Below, piece by piece: positions 20,275 to 28,120 of a DNA stretch of 64,000 bases. This stretch comes from Nitrosopumilus sp. GTDB lineage: Archaea > Thermoproteota > Nitrososphaeria > Nitrososphaerales > Nitrosopumilaceae. Both the position numbers and the translations under genes were made by a program. The stretch is from contig OZ245040.1 of NCBI GenBank assembly GCA_965224195.1, positions 1,920,001-1,984,000 on the forward strand, read 5' to 3'. A model generated the notes under the pieces. The model was not told the DNA's origin. It worked only from the letters and a program-made list of their open reading frames with translations, and did no database searches. Position 1 is the first letter of the stretch; each line of letters starts with the position of its first letter.

Positions 20275-20553
20275 TTATTTAAGATATTTCCAAACTATTG
20301 CAAATACACAAGGACTAACAAGAAAATGACTAATTAGATACCCAGTTGTATTACTAACAACAAATGATTGAAAATTAGTTAATCCTGTTACTTCAGGGTT
20401 AAACCAAAGAGTAGTTCCTATGAATACTATAATTGTGGTTATGATTTGCCAAAATAAGTGAATTCTAGCTTTTGATTTTTTGATGCTCTTTGTTTTTGAT
20501 TTCATATTTCTAAAGATTTTTTTCAGCCCATTTGACAGCCTTATATCCTGCAA
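20275..20553 (-). CDS. small two-TM membrane protein
   Basis: basic N-terminus and two hydrophobic helices; likely start at ATG ~20505 (MKSK). Confidence 0.6.
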   Translation of the reverse strand: MQDIRLSNGLKKIFRNMKSKTKSIKKSKARIHLFWQIITTIIVFIGTTLWFNPEVTGLTNFQSFVVSNTTGYLISHFLVSPCVFAIVWKYLK

Positions 20554-20839
20554 ACAAGCCCAAGGCTATGCCTCCAAGAGTAACTAATCCTTTAGGAATA
20601 CCTGTTTCTTCCTCAACATAATTTGAGGCATGATTAATTGTTCCTGATGAAAAATCAGTTGCATTAAATTTGTCAATATGCACATATCCTATTTGAGAAT
20701 CTTTCTCAAATATTGCATGTCTATTACCATATTGCTCAAGTTCTCTAAACTCTTCTTTACCATCAGTTCTGAAATAACTGGTATCTTTCCACTGACCTTC
20801 AATAATTTCAAAACGATAAATTGAATTATTCATTTTCAA
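20510..20839 (-). CDS. hypothetical protein with H/HxD/H motif and C-terminal Gly-rich TM anchor
   Basis: RHAIFE...VHIDKFN...NH, then LGGIALGLFAGYKAV. Confidence 0.65.
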   Translation of the reverse strand: MKMNNSIYRFEIIEGQWKDTSYFRTDGKEEFRELEQYGNRHAIFEKDSQIGYVHIDKFNATDFSSGTINHASNYVEEETGIPKGLVTLGGIALGLFAGYKAVKWAEKNL

Positions 20840-21239
20840 CCATTAACTCCTGTGTTTTTAATTCTGAGGTTTTTTCTTTATCCAATACTAATTGAATTGG
20901 AATTTCTGGTGTTTCATCTTGAATCTTAGTTTTAGCAACTAAGAAAGCGAATTTTTCTAAATGTTGAATTGCCTCAGAATTAGAATTAATTTTATACATT
21001 TTAGAACGACCTGATGTTCTTGTATTGTCTATCAAACCTAATTTTTCTAATTTTGGTACTGCTCGATAAATATGGCGAGTTGAGATTCCAGCATTTCTTG
21101 CAATGTCTGATTCGGAATAATCAAACTCTCTGAAGATCAACAAGAAGTCTAAAATTTTTGCAGTAGACGTACCCAAGAAAAGTTCACCTAATACACCCAA
21201 TTGGGTTTTACTAAAAATGGAGTTATCTTGTTCTGACAT
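20826..21239 (-). CDS. winged-HTH regulator (ArsR/TrmB-like)
   Basis: KILDFLL..REFDYSESDIARNAGIS...TRTSGRSKMYKIN. Confidence 0.85.
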   Translation of the reverse strand: MSEQDNSIFSKTQLGVLGELFLGTSTAKILDFLLIFREFDYSESDIARNAGISTRHIYRAVPKLEKLGLIDNTRTSGRSKMYKINSNSEAIQHLEKFAFLVAKTKIQDETPEIPIQLVLDKEKTSELKTQELMVENE

Positions 21240-21282
21240 AGTAGATCGTTACACTATTTCAAAATCATAAGTATATTTACCT

Positions 21283-21314
21283 TGTCATATCATTATGACA
21301 TGCACGTCATAATG
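21283..21314. promoter_or_regulatory. overlapping inverted-repeat operator candidates between divergent genes
   Basis: TGTCATA-tcat-TATGACA (21283-21300) and CATTATGAC-atgcac-GTCATAATG (21291-21314). Confidence 0.6.
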
Positions 21315-21355
21315 TTTATATCTAATCAAAAGATGAGTAAAGCTGAGGGGAAAAG

Positions 21356-22042
21356 ATGACAGACTATTGTCTTACTGTATTGAGGGTTTTACTCCACTTA
21401 GGTAGAGTAGGAAAGGATACCATTACTGTTAGTCATTTTCTATCTTTTGTGCCTAGTGTAGTTTCTAACAGAATTCTCACTACAATCACAGAATTAGCCC
21501 ATTTAGGATTCATTGAAAGAACATCGGATGATAGAATATCCATTAGAAGAAAACGAAGAGATGATGTTTGTAGATTAATGGATCCTGAACCAGATCCTGT
21601 CATTAAAAGCATAAAACCAATCGAAGATACAATTCCAAAATCATTTGATAAAACTCCATTTTTGATTACAGAAGGAGGTCATAAAGTAAAAGGGGTTGTT
21701 GACAAATATGCATTTCATAAAAATAAATTTGATTCAAAAATTATCGTGTATTTAGTTTCAGATAATCAAAAGAAAAGTACGATTAGAATAGGAAGTTTAA
21801 CTGATAGAAATTCATTGTATAGACGAGCAATTCTTGGAATTAATTCTGAATTTGGTACTACCGTATTTACTAAAGCAATGATGAATAAATTAGGTTCATC
21901 AATAGTAGGAAATAGACAACCAACTAAAGCATTGATAGATATTATGATTTTTGATGGTTATGTAATTCCAATTGATGATAAACATTTTATGAGAACTTCA
22001 AAAGGAGTTCCACCTGCTAACGGTTTAACGATTGAACGTTAA
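21356..22042 (+). CDS. hypothetical protein with wHTH-like N- and C-terminal segments
   Basis: 228-aa ORF; ITELAHLGFIER and LIDIMIFDGYV helix-wing patterns. Confidence 0.7.
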   Translation: MTDYCLTVLRVLLHLGRVGKDTITVSHFLSFVPSVVSNRILTTITELAHLGFIERTSDDRISIRRKRRDDVCRLMDPEPDPVIKSIKPIEDTIPKSFDKTPFLITEGGHKVKGVVDKYAFHKNKFDSKIIVYLVSDNQKKSTIRIGSLTDRNSLYRRAILGINSEFGTTVFTKAMMNKLGSSIVGNRQPTKALIDIMIFDGYVIPIDDKHFMRTSKGVPPANGLTIER

Positions 22043-22298
22043 ATCATAATATCGTTTTTCAATTTATTCTAGATCTATTTTCTGGAAGTGGCGGTGTCTC
22101 ACGTTCCTAATATACCACTTTTTGATTTTGTTGAATGTGAAGGTTCCCCACTTCAAATACTTCTCTTTAGATCAAAATAATTATACCATGTTATTGTTAG
22201 AAAAACCGCTCGTTAAATGGATGATTCAAAAAATGTCATTTATGAAAACTGCTGGACTAAATATCAAAATGGAGATAGTTCACTCATGAAGTTTTCAA

Positions 22299-23423
22299 TT
22301 AACTTTGACTTGCATTTTGAATCAGGGTCTTCCACTTGTCAGAACCCTTCACATCTACTCCACAAGCATCAGCAGGAGTCTTCCCATCCAAAACCATGTG
22401 AGGGCGTACGTAATTATGATAAATTTGGCATCCATCAAATATTGGTGAGTCTTTGCTCTTTACTCCCCTCATTACTTTCTCTCGGTCTCAAAATTCTCCA
22501 TTGAGTCTTTCCATCTTGTTGTTGTTTCTATCTCCTTTCAGTGAGATGTGTCTAATGTGAATTGGTGAGCCTTTCTTTACTGCACCATATTCCTTTTTGA
22601 AAGCGTCTCTGTATGCCTGTAATCCATCTGTAACAAAAACTCGTGGTTTTGTCTCCATCGAGTTCTTTGCCATTTTGAGCAAGTTCCTAGCATCATGTTT
22701 GAACTTGGAATCTGCCACTTCTTGAGCAATCCAGAATCGAGTCTCATCATCCATTAGGGCAAAGAGGTATTTCTTGTCTCCCTTGACTTTGACATATACT
22801 TCGTCTGCTCTCCAAGTATCTCCTACTTGTGGCACGATGGTATCAAGATGGGTTTTCATCAATTCAGTGTATTTCTTTATCCACTTGTAGACAGTAGAAT
22901 GAGCCACATTGACACCTTGCAATCTGATGAATTTCTGAACATTTCTCAAGGATTCTCCTGTAAAGTATAATTGCATGGCAGAAGTGACGATTTTTGGATT
23001 TACTGATAATTTCTCAAATCCTAGATTGAATGAAAATCTATTTTTACAATTTTTACAAGAAAATCTTTGAAGATCATAATTCTTGTTGTGTCTAATTCCA
23101 TGCTTTACAATGTTACATGAAAAGCATTTTGGGCATTGGGAATTATTCACTTCTTCAATTATAATTTTATTTCTAATTCTTACTTCTTCTCTTATCTTGA
23201 TACTGATTTGGATTGCTAGGGCGTGTTTGCAAGTGACCTTTCTATACACATGATCAGGACAGGTACACTTCCAACCAAATTCAGTTGAGAAAATATCATA
23301 GATTCTATTTGTTGCCAAAGATTTCATGTGATAATGATTATCGTTAATTCTGAGAATGTGGGTATTGGGATTATCTAGTAATTTTTGTGCCCTTTCTTCT
23401 CTTGAAATGTACTCTTTTACCAT
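22299..23423 (-). pseudogene. IS6-family-like DDE transposase with SWIM and Zn-ribbon domains; premature TGA at 22488-22490
   Basis: SWIM CTCPDH..CKH, CPKC/CKNC, WRADE, VTDGL, MERLN; frame continues past TGA (DREKVMRG...YHNYVRPH...TPA) to TAA at 22299. Confidence 0.9.
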
Positions 23424-23432
23424 ATATTGTAA

Positions 23433-23484
23433 TAGGTACCTAATAATATAAACATTTAGGTACCTAACATAAAGTAGGTACCTA
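23433..23484. promoter_or_regulatory. three perfect TAGGTACCTA palindromes
   Basis: 23433-23442, 23457-23466 and 23475-23484, between the divergent transposase and AbrB-like gene. Confidence 0.75.
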
Positions 23485-23519
23485 CACTTTATTAGGAACT
23501 TTCAACTAAAAATATTGAT

Positions 23520-23684
23520 TTGAAATTACAAAAACAACTTTCTAGAAAAGTTGGAAATGAGGAATATGCTAAATGGGTTGTTGTTATTCCTCCAGAAAAA
23601 ATCAAAGAATTAGGCTGGGAAGAAGGCGTAGAACTTGAAGTTGATCCAAAAAGTGATAAACTTATTTTGAAACCGAAGAAATAG
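23520..23684 (+). CDS. AbrB/MazE/SpoVT-like DNA-binding protein (54 aa), absent from ORF track
   Basis: MKLQKQLSRKVGNEEYAKWVVVIPPEKIKELGWEEGVELEVDPKSDKLILKPKK. Confidence 0.85.
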   Translation: MKLQKQLSRKVGNEEYAKWVVVIPPEKIKELGWEEGVELEVDPKSDKLILKPKK

Positions 23685-24378
23685 GCTTTTTCAAATCTTC
23701 AAAAAATGTTTCAAACCTAGTTGATAAACTAGTTGAGTACTCTTGGATTTGTTCCATTTGTTTTACTGTTACTTCTAAAATAGGGTATTTCATATCTGAT
23801 TCTTCTCGTGTTTTTTCGACTTCTAAGATATCTGGAATAAACCAAACTTGGGGATTCCCACCAACAGATTCATCGAGATTAAAGTGAATGACATAGTTAA
23901 TTGTAGCAAATGCAATTTTTGCACCCTCAATCATTGTAAGATCTTTATGCCATAATTGTCTTAACAAAAATGAGCCATATGGTTCACCACTTCCTACCGT
24001 GATGTATGTTTTGATTGGTTCTGCAATTCCGTTTGAAGTTGCAATATTGAATAATTCGGCATTCATCCCTGCCCTGATTCCAATTACGACATCCATTCCA
24101 CCACCTCTTGAATAATATCGGTTATGAAGTTCTAAACTTCTATCTTCAACATATTGAAAAAATTCTTTGTCATTTGTTATTTCATCATCTCTAACTTTAG
24201 TTGTAAGCTCATCGGAAAATCTTTCTAAGATGGCACTGGTTCCAGCACCACCCATAATTACATTAGGTAAAATTTTTACGAGTTTTTCTCTATTAGATGA
24301 AACACTACCACGAAAAATTTTTGTATCTGCAACTAAAACAACACCATCAATACATCTCATTCCAATAACATATGTCAT
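23662..24378 (-). CDS. proteasome beta-subunit-like Ntn hydrolase without propeptide
   Basis: M-TYVIGMRCIDGVVLVADTK, EKL, GGAG, TVGSG, DESVGG; start placed at ATG 24378. Confidence 0.88.
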   Translation of the reverse strand: MTYVIGMRCIDGVVLVADTKIFRGSVSSNREKLVKILPNVIMGGAGTSAILERFSDELTTKVRDDEITNDKEFFQYVEDRSLELHNRYYSRGGGMDVVIGIRAGMNAELFNIATSNGIAEPIKTYITVGSGEPYGSFLLRQLWHKDLTMIEGAKIAFATINYVIHFNLDESVGGNPQVWFIPDILEVEKTREESDMKYPILEVTVKQMEQIQEYSTSLSTRFETFFEDLKKPISSVSK

Positions 24379-24450
24379 TTCCTTTTTTATTGGACTTTGG
24401 TACCTAATAAAGAGATCCTTGTTAAACATAGTTTTTAATTAAAACACCTC

Positions 24451-24500
24451 ATGTCCCGACAAAAAACACGAAGAAAATGTCCCATCAATCGAACAACACC
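24451..24500 (-). repeat. right terminal inverted repeat
   Basis: reverse complement GGTGTTGTTCGATTGATGGGACATTTTCTTCGTGTTTTTTGTCGGGACAT. Confidence 0.85.
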
Positions 24501-24843
24501 CTAGCTTGTCATATATGATTTTTGTAAACTGCCCAACCATTGCAGGGTTTGGGGCCTCATCATATCTCTTGAGAGCATGCAAGACTCTCTGATTAATTTT
24601 GTACAAGAGCACAGCCTTTGCATCAATGACACTGCACATCTCAGAATCCAAGTCGCCAAGCGGCGTTTTATTCTCAAGATCAAGTTGTCTTTTCTCCATG
24701 TGAACCTGGTTGTCAGACTTGCCACAGCTTTGGTCTTTGCACCAGTGATCATTTACCTTGTATATGGCATCACCGGCTCTGATTTGTACACTGCAAACCT
24801 TGCACGTGCTATCAAACCTTGAGGCCATAGATACGGCAGACAT
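24501..24843 (-). pseudogene. virus-like Zn-finger protein truncated by the transposon
   Basis: SRFDSTCKVC..I.AGD.I...WC...C motif; the ORF's last ~20 codons are read from the TIR. Confidence 0.55.
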
Positions 24844-24846
24844 ATC

Positions 24847-25140
24847 CTATTGCATCCTCCTCAAAAACTCTAGATATTTTGTTGGCGAGTTGTTGGTTGA
24901 TTCAGGCGAGTAGAACATTTGGATTGTCTCAAGCATCTCATCTGCATAGTCTGTAAACTTTACTTTATGTATGCGGCATTTTCCGTCTTCACATGACTCT
25001 ATGATGACGATTTGATTTGCAATAAAATTTGTCTCCTCATAATGCATAAAGGCATACATTGCAGCCTGCAAATACCACACATCTCGTCGTTTGCCGTAAC
25101 GAAGTTTTCGTGTTGTTTTAAAAATATTGAAAGTGACAAT
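24847..25140 (-). pseudogene. C-terminal fragment of a PD-(D/E)XK phage-type exonuclease
   Basis: FKTTRK...WYLQAAMYAFMHYEETN...QIVII (QxxxY motif); N-terminus missing. Confidence 0.6.
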
Positions 25141-25284
25141 GATATCCAGAGATGAATTTGTGACAGATCATAACAATGGCTATGTAAAATAATACATTAT
25201 AAAAATAATATGATCATAAAAATCAAAATAATCTAGTTTCACTAACATATGTGCAGAAATAAACATTATACCATAAAGTAATAC

Positions 25285-26213
25285 ATGAGTATTTTAATAA
25301 CCAAACAACGCGGTTCTTTATTATTTGAAGAATCGATAAAATCAAAATACACCAAAAAGAACTATACATCACATCTTAACCAATTCTTGACATTTGCAGA
25401 TTTTGATTCTCAAAACCAGTTGTTATCAGTACCACATTTAGAATTACAATACAAGCTAGAAAATTATCTTATAGAATTGAAACGTACTACAAACCCCAAT
25501 TCCATACCCTCAAAGTTTCAGGGCATAAAACATTTTTGTGTTATGAATGAAATTAATCTAAATTGGAATATTATTGTCAAAATGTTCCCACAAAAACAGA
25601 AATCTCAAAGCTTGAGAGCATGCACTACAAAAGAAGTTAAAAATTTAGTATACAGTACAGCAAATCTTAGAAATAAGGCGTTAATTCATTTCTTTGGATC
25701 TACTGGTGCTAGAGTAGGTGTCTTTGATCATGATTTATCAATGAGATATATGATGAAAATGCCCTATGGTTGTACAGCTGTATTGCTCTATGCTGGAGAC
25801 CTAGAAGAATATTGGACATTTCTCACACCACAAGCAACAAAAGTAGTAAATGCATATCATGACTATCGTAAAAATAATGGTGAAATATTTTACAAAGATA
25901 CACCAATATTTGCAACTTGTAAGTTTCATCCTAAACAGATAGGATGGAGTGGTGTTCGTTCTATGATATATAGAACAATACAAAAAAGTAACATTACAAG
26001 ACTAAAGTATGATAATCGTTTTGATGTACAAGCTGATCATAGCTTTAGAAAGCGATACAACACCATACTAAAATTGGATACTCTGTAAACTATAACATTG
26101 CAAAGAAACTAATGGGCCACAAAAATGGTCTTGATGGAGTTTACTTTACCCCAACATTAAAGGAACTATTTATAGAATTTAAGAAAATAATGCATAAAAT
26201 AGAGATCAGGTAA
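25285..26213 (+). pseudogene. tyrosine recombinase/integrase, frameshifted near 26080
   Basis: STGARVG and HSFRKRY; shifted frame gives SVNYNIAKKLMGHKNGLDGVYFTPT to TAA at 26213. Confidence 0.9.
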
Positions 26214-26255
26214 ACTTACAATTAATTAATAAACCACAAATAACAACAACAAATA

Positions 26256-26459
26256 TTGTCTAATGAAAAACCAAATTTTGTTTCTGCTAAAATAACTATG
26301 CCTGACGGTAAAGAATATGAAGTAATATTACCTGCTAAAATTTTTAGTACTGGTCGTGCTGGATTTTATTCTCAAATCCCATCAATGGCATACGATAATG
26401 ATGTTTATGGTGGGCAAATCCAAATTTGGAAAAAATCTGAGAAAAAAGAACAAGATTAG
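26256..26459 (+). CDS. small hypothetical protein
   Basis: 67 aa, KIFSTGRAGFY motif. Confidence 0.6.
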   Translation: MSNEKPNFVSAKITMPDGKEYEVILPAKIFSTGRAGFYSQIPSMAYDNDVYGGQIQIWKKSEKKEQD

Positions 26460-26478
26460 CAAAATTTTAATTGTAGAA

Positions 26479-27180
26479 TTAGTCTAGTTTTACACGAATT
26501 TGACCTGTAAGTAATTTTTGCATTAAACCTTTTTTGAGCCTTTCTAGTTTTTCTTTATATTCTTGATTTTTTTGTATATATGCATCAACTCCTGATAGAA
26601 TTGATGCAATTTTCTTCCGCTCTTTAACATCGTTTGGTACAAAGATTTTTGCATCCGATACAACTGAACTGGTAATTGCAGGATATGCCATTCCTTCCAT
26701 AAATGGAATAAAATTTAATTCAAAAAAATGACTTTTGAAATAATTAAAAAGAAAACCTGTATCAGAAATAATCTTTGATCTTATTACTGTAAATCCTGTT
26801 GAACAAATAAGGTTATGTTTTTCAAATATAATTAATGAAAATGCTTTGAGATAAGGACGGACTGTTGAAACAATAATGTCGTTGTGCTTTATAATTCGCT
26901 GAGCTCTACTAGGTCGTTTATCTTTATTAAATTTTTTCAATTTTGTAACTTGAAAATTCTCTATGGATAAAATATCAATATACTCAATTTTGTCAAAGTT
27001 ATAATTATCTTTGATTTGTTCCGAATTCACTTTAGTTAAATCTTTTATTTGAAATTGTTTCCATTCCTTAGGAATCTCAATCTCTTTCCCAAACAACCAT
27101 TTTACCGTCTTAAATTTACTATGCCCAATACCTCTGGTTAACAGCTTCTGCATCAGCCCTTTCTTCAACCTCTCAGATTT
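26479..27180 (-). pseudogene. hsdS: Type I restriction-modification specificity subunit, C-terminal half (single TRD)
   Basis: LKKGLMQKLLT at both ends, EIPKEW, RAQR, STVRPYL, CSTGF, KIASILS. Confidence 0.85.
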
Positions 27181-27181
27181 C

Positions 27182-27721
27182 TTAACAACTGTTAGGTGAT
27201 AGTGTCTTTATTATTAGCTCTTTGATAGTTGGTTTAGTGTTCTGTTTAGATTTGTAATTGCAGTCAAGGTCAGTTACAGTTCCAGCGACTATATGACTAT
27301 CACATTTTTTAGTTTGAAAGCCTTGTGAACTGTAAAAAGGAATTTGTGACGTTAATTCTGAATTTTTAAGTGGTACCCACTGAATTTCTGTATACATTAA
27401 GGTCTTTGAACTGGGTGTTTGGAATACTTGGATAATCATCATCAGATACCCTAACCAAAATCAACTTTAAATGGAACAGGGTTAAGCATTAATAGGTTCA
27501 AAAAGTCCACCACCTAGTGTGATTATAGAAGCAGGAAGTGGTGTAGAAGATGTGGTAATTATGGTAGGAGGTGGATTTGGTATAGCAGCACCGCCACTAA
27601 AATCTTGAGAATATGCAACATTAGAAAAACCTGTGAAAATCAATAATGTAACTAGTACAGGCAAAACAAACATTCTAAGTGAGATTATAGAAGATTTCCT
27701 TAACATGAAATGATTGGACAT
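27182..27721 (-). pseudogene. fragmented secreted/surface protein
   Basis: signal-peptide ORF 27482..27721 followed by out-of-frame pieces. Confidence 0.45.
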
Positions 27722-27820
27722 AACAGTATTATTTAATTATTGTCATACAGGTTATTATCATCATGCAGGATAATAATTAAATAAAGTCATATTTTTATAT
27801 CATCATATATAGTACAACAC

Positions 27821-27967
27821 ATGCCAAAACGCGTAACAATAATGCTCGATGATGACATTGACAAAAAACTAAGAATATTACAAGCAGATAAGATTAAAAA
27901 ATCACAAAAGAGCGTTAATTTTTCACATGTAATAAATGCCACATTGAGAAAACAGTTAAAATTATGA
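27821..27967 (+). CDS. 48-aa ribbon-helix-helix protein, absent from ORF track
   Basis: MPKRVTIMLDDDIDKKLRILQADKIKKSQKSVNFSHVINATLRKQLKL. Confidence 0.8.
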   Translation: MPKRVTIMLDDDIDKKLRILQADKIKKSQKSVNFSHVINATLRKQLKL

Positions 27968-28104
27968 TCTGCCCAGAGTGTGAGACTATTTACATCGGTG
28001 ATGTAGATAAATGCACTACTTGTGGGTATGATTTTGAACAAGAAAAATAATAAATTGATTTTTAATAATAATATCAAATAAATTTGTCTAAACTATACTG
28101 GAAC

Positions 28105-28120
28105 ATTTTATACCTATATT
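28105..28120 (+). repeat. putative attR, 16-bp direct repeat overlapping the tatD stop codon
   Basis: identical to 19742-19757. Confidence 0.8.

Larger units (their letters stand above)
19912..24500. mobile_element. TIR-bounded cargo transposon (IS6-like transposase plus passenger genes)
   Basis: 50-bp inverted repeats at 19912-19961 and 24451-24500 (41/50 match), GG termini, internal DDE transposase. Confidence 0.85.
19742..28120. mobile_element. decayed integrated element (island 1) bounded by attL/attR direct repeats
   Basis: ATTTTATACCTATATT at 19742-19757 and 28105-28120; contains a tyrosine integrase pseudogene and non-core genes. Confidence 0.8.

Noticed and set aside
22488-22490. 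Selenocysteine or programmed readthrough at the transposase TGA
   Set aside because: The position corresponds to an expected Arg and there is no supporting signal; a nonsense mutation is simpler.
19900-24512. Target-site duplication around the TIR element
   Set aside because: The flanks (AATATTT and CTAGCTT) do not match.
24847-25140. Cas4/CRISPR adaptation module or casposon
   Set aside because: No Fe-S cysteine cluster, cas1 or family B polymerase nearby; a phage exonuclease fragment fits better.
27729-27784. 13-bp inverted repeat TTATTTAATTATT/AATAATTAAATAA
   Set aside because: Pure A/T in a divergent promoter region; explainable by paired TATA boxes or chance.
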